Position numbers and translations under genes: made by a program. A stretch of 64,000 nucleotides of DNA from an uncultured virus (IMG/VR IMGVR_UViG_3300022602_000035) (Duplodnaviria; Heunggongvirae; Uroviricota; Caudoviricetes), in the IMG/VR virus record IMGVR_UViG_3300022602_000035; one strand, written 5' to 3'. Below, in pieces: positions 1 through 6,977 of the stretch (its first letter is position 1; each line of letters begins with the position of its first letter). The notes beneath the pieces were generated by a model, which was given only the letters and a program-made list of their open reading frames with translations, had not been told where the DNA came from and made no database searches.

Positions 1-464
1 ATGTTCCGCAGTACAATGATTGGCTGGAACAAAACATTTTTAGAACATATCCCACTAAAGGTCCGTGGATATTAGCAACACTGTACTTGATTGTGTTTGG
101 ATGGTTGGGACTGTTGGTTGGTTTAGTGTGGATGTACGTTGCTCGTATGAGCGCACGTTTGCACAACTACATGTCGCATACTAGAGGATATCGTAATTGG
201 CCACATGCAGATCCTTGGGATAAGAGTGTTAATATAATACCAATTGGTATTATTTGGGCCGGAGAAGAGTTAGCGGCTAATCATCACGATGATCCTCAAA
301 GTCCAAAACTTAGTCGTCGTTGGTTTGAATTTGATATTGGTTGGGTGGTTATATTATTGTTAGCTAAGTTAAATTTAGTTACATTTATTGACGCTAGACA
401 ACTGAAAGGCCATTGGTATAGTTGGTTGTTTAAAAAAGAGGTTGACAAAGCAGTCAAAAAGTAG
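1..464 (+). CDS. Fatty acid (acyl-CoA delta-9-like) desaturase, 5'-truncated by window edge
   Basis: Frame open from base 3; C-terminal GEELAANHHDDP and RWFEFDIGW motifs, paralogous to 3035 and 3789 ORFs. Confidence 0.8.
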   Translation, partial: VPQYNDWLEQNIFRTYPTKGPWILATLYLIVFGWLGLLVGLVWMYVARMSARLHNYMSHTRGYRNWPHADPWDKSVNIIPIGIIWAGEELAANHHDDPQSPKLSRRWFEFDIGWVVILLLAKLNLVTFIDARQLKGHWYSWLFKKEVDKAVKK

Positions 465-470
465 TATTAT
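442..470 (+). promoter_or_regulatory. Sigma70-type promoter
   Basis: TTGACA-17nt-TATTAT. Confidence 0.6.
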
Positions 471-525
471 ATGTGTATATTTTAAATTTGGTATAAATAA
501 AAGTATAAATAAATTAATAAAGAGG

Positions 526-554
526 TTGACAGTCTACTAAATAGATTGTATAAT
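526..554 (+). promoter_or_regulatory. Consensus sigma70 promoter upstream of leader and tRNA array
   Basis: TTGACA(526-531)-17nt-TATAAT(549-554); TATAAATA late-type boxes also at 492 and 504. Confidence 0.85.
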
Positions 555-596
555 AGTTTTATAGTAAGAAATTAATTAAAGGAATGCGAAAGCAAA

Positions 597-743
597 ATGT
601 TTAACCAGCTACATCAATTTAAAGGATCGAAACAAGTGATAGCACTTGCCACGATGTCTTATTGGTCAGCGATTGAGACATCAGGCAATGATCGCACACC
701 GAATAGTATCTGTGGGGTTCGAGAGGGATGGGATGGTTATTAA
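597..743 (+). CDS. Putative 48-aa leader peptide (MFNQLHQFKGSKQVIALATMSYWSAIETSGNDRTPNSICGVREGWDGY)
   Basis: ATG 597 to TAA 741-743, AAAGGA upstream; lies between promoter and terminator; below the ORF-track size cut-off. Confidence 0.6.
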   Translation: MFNQLHQFKGSKQVIALATMSYWSAIETSGNDRTPNSICGVREGWDGY

Positions 744-770
744 GTAAATAACAAAATCCAAAACTTTAAG

Positions 771-806
771 AACCCTAGAGCAGAAATGTTACTAGGGTTT
801 TTTGTT
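771..806 (+). terminator. Intrinsic terminator / attenuator hairpin
   Basis: AACCCTAG-AGCA-GAAA-TGTT-A-CTAGGGTT followed by a T-tract. Confidence 0.85.
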
Positions 807-910
807 TTATGTGTCAGGGAAACGAGGTCCAAGCAAGGCACATTAAAGATAGTATGTTAAACGGGCGTACTAGAGGATGGCATGTTCTTATGTGAACAGA
901 AAATTCTAGT

Positions 911-995
911 TATAATAAAGTACATTGGATGAGGCTAATGGTATGCCTGCGCAAGCGATCTAGGTTCGACTCCTAGTCTAGTGTATTTTATTATA
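911..995 (+). ncRNA. tRNA-like element without anticodon arm
   Basis: D-like arm GGC-TAATGGTAT-GCC, T arm CTAGG-TTCGACT-CCTAG, 19-bp closing stem, no CCA. Confidence 0.55.
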
Positions 996-1021
996 CGCAT
1001 TCATATGAGTGCGTTACAAAT

Positions 1022-1102
1022 TTGTAGTGAGTTTAAGTGGGCACTTATAGCGTCAGCAGACGTCAAGATCGCAACTTGTGAGGTTCGAGTCCTCCACTAC
1101 AA
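1022..1102 (+). ncRNA. tRNA-like element (8/4 fold, 4-nt anticodon loop)
   Basis: TTGTAGTG/CACTACAA stem, T arm GAGG-TTCGAGT-CCTC, long variable arm, no CCA. Confidence 0.5.
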
Positions 1103-1160
1103 TTTAACACGGCTCCTATCCGTAGAATACCGCAAGGTCGGCTTAGGAGTTATTTTTAAA

Positions 1161-1239
1161 CTCAGTGTCGTATAGTCAGGCCTATTATGCGTGCTTTGGG
1201 AGCATGAGATCGTTGGTTCGAATCCAACCACTGAGACCA
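1161..1239 (+). tRNA. tRNA-Pro(UGG), copy before the assembly gap
   Basis: Cloverleaf, anticodon loop TTTGGGA, CCA end. Confidence 0.85.
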
Positions 1240-1273
1240 AGTTTATGGAGGTGTAGGAAAATTGGTAACCCCA

Positions 1274-1373
1274 NNNNNNNNNNNNNNNNNNNNNNNNNNN
1301 NNNNNNNNNNNNNNNNNNNNNNNNNNNNNNNNNNNNNNNNNNNNNNNNNNNNNNNNNNNNNNNNNNNNNNNNN
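1274..1373. other. Scaffold gap (100 N) flanked by an exact 127-bp duplication (1147-1273 = 1374-1500)
   Basis: Direct sequence comparison. Confidence 0.95.
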
Positions 1374-1387
1374 GAGTTATTTTTAAA

Positions 1388-1466
1388 CTCAGTGTCGTAT
1401 AGTCAGGCCTATTATGCGTGCTTTGGGAGCATGAGATCGTTGGTTCGAATCCAACCACTGAGACCA
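1388..1466 (+). tRNA. tRNA-Pro(UGG), identical copy after gap (probably the same gene)
   Basis: Identical to 1161-1239. Confidence 0.85.
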
Positions 1467-1473
1467 AGTTTAT

Positions 1474-1558
1474 GGAGGTGTAGGAAAATTGGTAACCCCA
1501 GCGGACTGTAAATCCGCCGCCCCTGGCATTGTTGGTTCAAGTCCAACCGCCTCCACCA
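1474..1558 (+). tRNA. tRNA-Tyr(GUA)
   Basis: GCGGA-CTGTAAA-TCCGC arm, long V arm, CCA. Confidence 0.93.
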
Positions 1559-1564
1559 TATAAC

Positions 1565-1640
1565 GGAATGATAGCTCAATTGGTAGAGCAAGATGCTTTT
1601 AACGTCGAGGTTTAGGGTTCAAGTCCCTATCGTTCCACCA
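1565..1640 (+). tRNA. tRNA-Lys(UUU)
   Basis: Loop CTTTTAA, T arm GGTTCAAGTCC, CCA. Confidence 0.9.
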
Positions 1641-1645
1641 GTAAT

Positions 1646-1721
1646 GCGGTATTAGCTCAATCGGGAGAGCACGGCACTGTCACTGCCGAGGTAAGGGGAT
1701 CGAAACCCCTATATCGCGCCA
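1646..1721 (+). tRNA. tRNA-Asp(GUC)
   Basis: CGGCA-CTGTCAC-TGCCG, G discriminator, CCA. Confidence 0.92.
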
Positions 1722-1729
1722 AAAAGATG

Positions 1730-1758
1730 TTGACAATTATTAAATTAGAATATATAAT
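1730..1758 (+). promoter_or_regulatory. Internal sigma70 promoter in tRNA array
   Basis: TTGACA-17nt-TATAAT. Confidence 0.8.
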
Positions 1759-1775
1759 AGTTGTATAGTTTCAAT

Positions 1776-1851
1776 AGCGGGATGGAGAAGTTGGAATCTC
1801 GGCAGCCTCATAAGCTGTAGGTCGGCAGTTCGAATCTGTCTCCCGCAACCA
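1776..1851 (+). tRNA. tRNA-Met(CAU), initiator-like
   Basis: Loop CTCATAA; 1:72 mismatch and CCCGCAACCA end as in fMet tRNAs. Confidence 0.88.
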
Positions 1852-1861
1852 AGTTTTAAAT

Positions 1862-1937
1862 GCACCATTCATCTAGAGGCCTAGGATACTGCCCTTTCAC
1901 GGCAGGTACACGAGTTCGAATCTCGTATGGTGTACCA
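1862..1937 (+). tRNA. tRNA-Glu(UUC)
   Basis: CTGCC-CTTTCAC-GGCAG, CCA. Confidence 0.92.
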
Positions 1938-1947
1938 AGTTTTAAAA

Positions 1948-2032
1948 GCCCCTTTGCGCCGAATGGGATGGCAGCGGATTTGTAATCCGTCTTCGTAAGA
2001 TAGAGAGTGTTCGATTCACTCAGGGGGCACCA
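1948..2032 (+). tRNA. tRNA-Thr(UGU) with long variable arm
   Basis: GCGGA-TTTGTAA-TCCGT, acceptor GCCCCTT/AGGGGGC, CCA. Confidence 0.8.
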
Positions 2033-2074
2033 ATTTTTAAACTACAAGCATAAATAAAATAAAAGGAGTTTGTA

Positions 2075-2731
2075 GTGCTAAAATATTCAAAGGCAGAAGC
2101 AGGAAAGTTAGGAGCAGAAAAATCCAAGATTACAACTGCTCTTAAGAAAAAAGAAAGGATAGATCAATATAGTCTAAATCCTAAACATTGTAAACAATGT
2201 AATAAGGTGTTAGAATATAAAGATAGAAATAAAACATTTTGTAATAGTAGTTGTTCTGCTACATTTAACAATTTAAAAAGAACAGATGCTATAAGAAAAA
2301 ATCCTACAAAATATAAAGAAAAAAGAGTTCCTGTTAAATGGAACTGTTTAAACTGTAACAAAGAACACACAACCGTAGCGTGGAGAATCGGAAAATACTG
2401 TAATACCGATTGCCAACACGAATATGAATATAAACAAAGACTAACTGAATGGTTAGTAGAAAATAAAAAGATAGGTAAAAATGCTATGAAGCGGTACTTG
2501 TCTGAAACACACGGATACAAATGTTCAGTATGTAGTATCAGTGAATGGAATAACAAAAAAATTGTATTAGAATTAGAACATATCGATGGTAACTCTGACA
2601 ATAATAATTTAGAAAATATTTGTTTGATTTGCCCGAATTGTCATAGCCAAACTGACACATATAAGGGCAAAAATGTAGGACAAGGTAGGCACTACAGAAG
2701 AGTGCGTTACGCAGAAGGAAAAAGTTTTTAG
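2075..2731 (+). CDS. HNH homing endonuclease with Cys-rich N-terminus
   Basis: CSVC...LELEHIDGNSDNNNLENICLICPNCHSQT. Confidence 0.9.
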   Translation: MLKYSKAEAGKLGAEKSKITTALKKKERIDQYSLNPKHCKQCNKVLEYKDRNKTFCNSSCSATFNNLKRTDAIRKNPTKYKEKRVPVKWNCLNCNKEHTTVAWRIGKYCNTDCQHEYEYKQRLTEWLVENKKIGKNAMKRYLSETHGYKCSVCSISEWNNKKIVLELEHIDGNSDNNNLENICLICPNCHSQTDTYKGKNVGQGRHYRRVRYAEGKSF

Positions 2732-2738
2732 ATTTAAT

Positions 2739-2823
2739 GCGAGAGTGGCGGAATTGGTAGACGCACTGGATTTAGGTTCCAGCGCCGCAAGGCGTGAGAG
2801 TTCGAGTCTCTCCTTTCGCACCA
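2739..2823 (+). tRNA. tRNA-Leu(UAG)
   Basis: CTGGA-TTTAGGT-TCCAG, class II body, CCA. Confidence 0.95.
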
Positions 2824-2941
2824 AAGATTTGCTTGGTTAGTAACGGAAAGTGTGTTTAATTGGGGCTACGAGCCTTTACTCCGCCCAAAGAACGGTATCG
2901 TAAAGATATATGGACCGTCTTTACACAGCGCAAAGTTTTAT

Positions 2942-3015
2942 GCGGGATTAGTTTAATGGTAGAACTGCAGATTTCCAATCTCCTGGTGAGGGTTCGATTC
3001 CCTTATCCCGCTCCA
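2942..3015 (+). tRNA. tRNA-Gly(UCC)
   Basis: GCGGGAT acceptor, loop TTTCCAA, TCCA end. Confidence 0.9.
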
Positions 3016-3034
3016 TATAATTTAAGGAAAGGAT

Positions 3035-3796
3035 ATGTTTAGTTGGCAAGCGGCAATAATCACGTACATAATTCTGTCACATATATCTGGTGCAATATTT
3101 TCTGTATATGTGCATCGTGGTATTGGACACAGGCATTTTGATTTTAACCCAAGTCTAGCACATGTATTTAGATTTTGGCTTTGGTTCGGGTCGGGGCATT
3201 GCTGGGATAACTGGATGCAACACTGGGCTGCAAAACATCGCAAGCATCATGCAACTGCGGATACTCCAGAGGATCCGCACAGTCCTTTTTATTATTCATT
3301 TTTTGAAATGTTTAGTGTATCGCACAGTGATCCTAGTAAACCAAACTATATATCGCCTAAGGAAATTAAAAAATATGCACCGGATGTTAAGAGTGCCGAC
3401 GATTGGGTAGAACGCAATATCTATTGCAAATATCCTAAACTAGGACTGGCATTGTTTGCAGTAATGATGACTGTGTTATTTGGAATCCCTGGGTTAGTAT
3501 TAGGATTATTTAATTATTTCTTTATTGGACACTTTTTTATATTTTTTGGTAATTATGCATTTCATAAGATTGGTTGGAAATATGCTACGGTTAGCAATGT
3601 AGACAAAGCACGTATATTCTGTCCATGGGGTATTTTTAGTGGTGGCGAAGAACTACACGCACATCACCACAACGATCCAAATAACCCAAACTATAGACAT
3701 AATTGGTGGGAGATTGACATTGGCTGGCAATATAGTAAAATATTAATGGCATTGGGATTAATGAGTTTACGTAAAAAGGACAAAAAACGTGTTTAG
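3035..3796 (+). CDS. Fatty acid desaturase (delta-9-like)
   Basis: His boxes HRGIGH, HRKHH, HAHHH; DPHSP and WWEIDIGW motifs; transmembrane segments. Confidence 0.88.
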   Translation: MFSWQAAIITYIILSHISGAIFSVYVHRGIGHRHFDFNPSLAHVFRFWLWFGSGHCWDNWMQHWAAKHRKHHATADTPEDPHSPFYYSFFEMFSVSHSDPSKPNYISPKEIKKYAPDVKSADDWVERNIYCKYPKLGLALFAVMMTVLFGIPGLVLGLFNYFFIGHFFIFFGNYAFHKIGWKYATVSNVDKARIFCPWGIFSGGEELHAHHHNDPNNPNYRHNWWEIDIGWQYSKILMALGLMSLRKKDKKRV

Positions 3797-4544
3797 TTGG
3801 TCTGCTGGATTGGTTACTTATGTTATTTGTTGTCATATATTGAGTAATATCTATACAGTCTATGTACATCGCGGATTAGGACATCATCACTTTGAATTTA
3901 GTAAACCATTAGAGCACGTGTTTCGATTTATATTATGGTTTCAAATAGGTTTTGTTTGGGATAATTGGCAACAGCACTATGCAGCCAAACACCGCAAACA
4001 TCATAGATACAGTGACACTAAACAAGATCCACATAGCCCATATTTTTACACTGTGAAACAAATGTTAGATGTAGGACATCAAGATCCAGCCAGAGCCAAC
4101 TATATTAGCAAAGAAGAAATACAGTTGTATGCTCCGGATATTAAAAGTCCAGATGATTGGATTGAACGAAATATCTATTTAAAATATCCTAAATTAGGAT
4201 GCTGGTTATTTATATTAGTAATGACTGTGTTGTTTGGTATCACTGGATTGATATTGGGGTTGATTAATTATTATCTAATGCCTGCATTGTATATACTTGT
4301 AGGAAACTATCTAACACACAAAGTGGGATTTACCTATCCATGGAATCTCAAGATTGATAAGAGTAAGATAGTATTTCCATGGGGTATCATAGCAGGTGGC
4401 GAAGAATTGCATGCACACCATCATGATGACTCATCTAAACCATACTTTCATAGGCATTGGTGGGAAATAGATCCAGGTTGGTTATACGCTAAGATATTAA
4501 TCAAATTGAGATTAATGCAGTTGTCAGAAAAGAGTACGTATTAG
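3789..4544 (+). CDS. Fatty acid desaturase (tandem paralogue)
   Basis: HRGLGH, HRKHH, HAHHH boxes; colinear with upstream ORF. Confidence 0.88.
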   Translation: MFSWSAGLVTYVICCHILSNIYTVYVHRGLGHHHFEFSKPLEHVFRFILWFQIGFVWDNWQQHYAAKHRKHHRYSDTKQDPHSPYFYTVKQMLDVGHQDPARANYISKEEIQLYAPDIKSPDDWIERNIYLKYPKLGCWLFILVMTVLFGITGLILGLINYYLMPALYILVGNYLTHKVGFTYPWNLKIDKSKIVFPWGIIAGGEELHAHHHDDSSKPYFHRHWWEIDPGWLYAKILIKLRLMQLSEKSTY

Positions 4545-4792
4545 AACACTAGGTTACACTTTTCCTTAAAGAAAGTGGGTCATTGCCAATACCATAACGG
4601 CAGGGTGCGCACGATGGTCTAGACCATACCACAAGTCCCATTTCCGGGAGCCTTGAAAGTATCGTGGGTGTTTTACTGTTTTTAACCACAAAGCAAACAG
4701 GCGGACAGGTGCAACAACTCAGATTAGGGCCAGGTGGTGCTGGTAGCTAATCACTAACATAAATACTTTGTTAGTAAAGTGGACAGAGTAAA

Positions 4793-5314
4793 ATGAATAA
4801 AGCGTATGTATATAAATGGGTTCATAAACCATCATTGAAATGGTATGTAGGTTCTCATACTGGAAAAGATGAAAATTATATATGTTCATCTAAATTAATT
4901 AAACATCATATAATAGAGTTTCCTGATGAATGGGAACGGCAGATATTTGCTTACGGCACGCCTGAAGAAATGTATGATTTAGAAACTGAAATTTTACAGT
5001 TAACTGACGCAAAACACGATCCAAGATCATTCAATGGACACAATAATGATGGCAAATTTAATACAATTGGTCGTACAAAAGAATTTATGTCAGAATCTGA
5101 ATTAGCTAATCGAAAAAAAGTTAATGCAGGTAAGACAAAAACAGAAGAACATAAGAAAAAATTATCTGACGCATTAAAAGGAAGACCTAATCCAAGATTT
5201 GCTACATTATTTGGAAAAGGGGTTTCTAAAAACAAAGTAGTATGTCGAATATCAGACAGAAAAGAAATGAGCTTATCACATTTCATTCAATATATTAATC
5301 GACTAAACAAATAA
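4793..5314 (+). CDS. GIY-YIG (Seg-like) homing endonuclease with NUMOD3-like motif
   Basis: YVYKW...WYVGSH N-terminus; KTEEHKKKLSDALKGR. Confidence 0.75.
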   Translation: MNKAYVYKWVHKPSLKWYVGSHTGKDENYICSSKLIKHHIIEFPDEWERQIFAYGTPEEMYDLETEILQLTDAKHDPRSFNGHNNDGKFNTIGRTKEFMSESELANRKKVNAGKTKTEEHKKKLSDALKGRPNPRFATLFGKGVSKNKVVCRISDRKEMSLSHFIQYINRLNK

Positions 5315-5323
5315 GAAGTAAAT

Positions 5324-5398
5324 GGGCTGTTGGTATACTTGGGAACACACCTGCCTTGCACGCAGGAGTACGGGGTTCGACTCCCCGACGGTCCACCA
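5324..5398 (+). tRNA. tRNA-Ala(UGC)
   Basis: Loop CTTGCAC, G3:U70 pair, CCA. Confidence 0.92.
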
Positions 5399-5404
5399 TA
5401 TTAT

Positions 5405-5481
5405 AGAGGATTAGCTCAGTTGGTACGAGCAACTGCCTTACAAGCAGAAGGTCACTGGTTCGACCCCAGTATCCTCCACCA
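5405..5481 (+). tRNA. tRNA-Val(UAC)
   Basis: Loop CTTACAA, CCA; A1:C72 mismatch. Confidence 0.88.
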
Positions 5482-5503
5482 GTTAGTAGTAGTAAAGTTT
5501 TAT

Positions 5504-5591
5504 TCCGCATGAGCCAGCAAGGTGACGGCACCGGACTGTTAATCCGAGATCCATGAAAGTGGGCGAGGTTCGATCCCTCGATGCGGAGCCA
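5504..5591 (+). tRNA. tRNA-Asn(GUU) with long variable arm
   Basis: Loop CTGTTAA, TCCGCAT/ATGCGGA acceptor, GCCA end; V arm CCAT-GAAA-GTGG. Confidence 0.85.
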
Positions 5592-5723
5592 GTTTTAGGA
5601 TAGACGGCAAGATTGAGTCCTAAGTAGTGCTTTTAACACGAAAATAGATGAGCTCTCTTGTTCGAGACAATCCGGTGAGGCCTATCTGGAGGGGGATAGC
5701 CGGGCTCCTAAAAACCTTTTTAT

Positions 5724-5797
5724 AGTCTGTTAGTTCAATGGGAGAACAGTCGACTGATAATCGACAAACACTGGATCGTAACCAGTACGGACTACCA
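5724..5797 (+). tRNA. tRNA-Ile(GAU)
   Basis: GTCGA-CTGATAA-TCGAC, CCA. Confidence 0.9.
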
Positions 5798-5987
5798 AGT
5801 ATTCCAACCACATCGCGTTTAGGGTGAAGTAGGGCGTGCAAACTAAAACCCTGTAAGATCAAAAATACCTACCAAGCAAGGAGGAATTACAGCGCAAGCT
5901 GAAGAACAATGTGGTGACTTGCTACCCGGGAGAAAGCTGTAACATTACGTATTCGAGGTTAGGAGAGTACAGCAAACCGCCCAACAT

Positions 5988-6079
5988 GGAAGCGTGGCAG
6001 AGTCCGGCTTATTGCAACAGTCTTGAAAACTGTAGGGCCAGCGATGGCTCCGTGGGTTCAAATCCCACCGCTTCCTCCA
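5988..6079 (+). tRNA. tRNA-Ser(UGA)
   Basis: ACAGT-CTTGAAA-ACTGT, long V arm, CCA. Confidence 0.93.
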
Positions 6080-6086
6080 AATTCAG

Positions 6087-6115
6087 TTGACACTGCGAGT
6101 AAATGGTGTTACAAT
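6087..6115 (+). promoter_or_regulatory. Internal sigma70 promoter (extended -10)
   Basis: TTGACA-17nt-TACAAT with TGn. Confidence 0.7.
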
Positions 6116-6145
6116 ATGTGTATAGTAAGAAATTAGCAAAGTTTT

Positions 6146-6235
6146 GGAGAGTTGGCCGAGTGGTCGAAGGCAGCGGCTTGCTAAGCCGTCCTCCCTGTAA
6201 AGGGAGCATAGGTTCGAATCCTATACTCTCCGCCA
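6146..6235 (+). tRNA. tRNA-Ser(GCU)
   Basis: Loop TTGCTAA, long V arm, GCCA. Confidence 0.93.
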
Positions 6236-6240
6236 AATAC

Positions 6241-6315
6241 CCGGTGTTAGTTAAATGGATATAACAGGGGATTTCTACTCCCTAGTTGGGGGTTCGATTC
6301 CCTCACGCCGGACCA
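6241..6315 (+). tRNA. tRNA-Arg(UCU)
   Basis: Loop TTTCTAC, CCA. Confidence 0.88.
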
Positions 6316-6324
6316 AGTTTTAAT

Positions 6325-6415
6325 CCTCCTGTAGCTCAATGGCAGAGCGGCGAGCTTATACCTCGTAACGATAGATAATCGGCTGATACAGGTTCGAGTC
6401 CTGTCGGGAGGACCA
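6325..6415 (+). tRNA. tRNA-Ile(UAU) with long variable arm
   Basis: GCGAG-CTTATAC-CTCGT, V arm CGAT-AGATA-ATCG, CCA. Confidence 0.8.
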
Positions 6416-6426
6416 AATAGTTTAAT

Positions 6427-6500
6427 TGGCTCATAGTGAAGTGGTATAACAACAGGTTTTGATCCTGTCATCCTTGGTTCGATTCCAAGTGGGCCTGCCA
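6427..6500 (+). tRNA. tRNA-Gln(UUG)
   Basis: ACAGG-TTTTGAT-CCTGT, GCCA. Confidence 0.88.
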
Positions 6501-6633
6501 AATAAATAAAGAACAGTCCGGAGCATGCGAGTCCTACGATTAGTAGGAGAAAACTCCACTTATAGCTGGAATTTACCAGTGAACCCTATGGACGCATAGG
6601 GCTACGGGCATCCTGGGGGACAACTCCAACTAT

Positions 6634-6711
6634 TCCGGGTTAGCTCAGTCTGGTAGAGCGGTGGTCTCCAAAACCACGTCAGCGGCGGTTCAAATCCGTC
6701 ACTCGGAGCCA
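6634..6711 (+). tRNA. tRNA-Trp(CCA)
   Basis: GTGGT-CTCCAAA-ACCAC, GCCA. Confidence 0.9.
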
Positions 6712-6721
6712 AACAACTTAC

Positions 6722-6798
6722 GCAACGGTACCAGAGTGGCCTAATGGCGGGGACTGCAAATCCCTTGTTCGTCGGTTCAAATCCGACCCGTTGCTCCA
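6722..6798 (+). tRNA. tRNA-Cys(GCA)
   Basis: Loop CTGCAAA, U discriminator, CCA. Confidence 0.9.
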
Positions 6799-6799
6799 T

Positions 6800-6877
6800 G
6801 GTGGTCTAGCATAGATGGTCTGTGCGGTTCTTTCATAAGGAACAATGGGACTGGTTCGATTCCAGTGGTCACCACCA
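6800..6877 (+). tRNA. tRNA-Met(CAU) elongator (or Ile2)
   Basis: GTTCT-TTCATAA-GGAAC, CCA. Confidence 0.82.
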
Positions 6878-6883
6878 AATAAC

Positions 6884-6959
6884 GCCCTTGTAGTTCAACG
6901 GATTAGAATACAACGCTACGAACGTTATGATAGGGGTTCGATTCCCTTCAAGGGCTCCA
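6884..6959 (+). tRNA. tRNA-Arg(ACG)
   Basis: Loop CTACGAA, CCA. Confidence 0.9.
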
Positions 6960-6977
6960 GAAATGATAAATATTTGT

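Noticed and set aside
584..604. Alternative mini-ORF MRKQNV overlapping the leader start
   Set aside because: ATG abuts the putative SD with no spacing; ATG 597 fits better, though Ribo-seq would be needed to exclude it
911..1102. Y RNA (YrlA) identity for the tRNA-like elements
   Set aside because: Arm order is that of an ordinary tRNA and no Ro60/Rsr gene is in the window; cannot be supported
981..1467. ORF-track ORFs 981-1175, 1165-1386 and 1243-1467
   Set aside because: Overlap tRNA or tRNA-like genes and the N gap; shadow ORFs
1147..1500. Apparent tandem duplication of tRNA-Pro and partial tRNA-Tyr
   Set aside because: Exact 127-bp overlap on both sides of a 100-N gap; typical scaffolding artefact
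5801..5985. Possible tmRNA or RNase P RNA
   Set aside because: No tmRNA acceptor ends or tag frame and no RNase P conserved GAGGAAAGUCC-type motif seen
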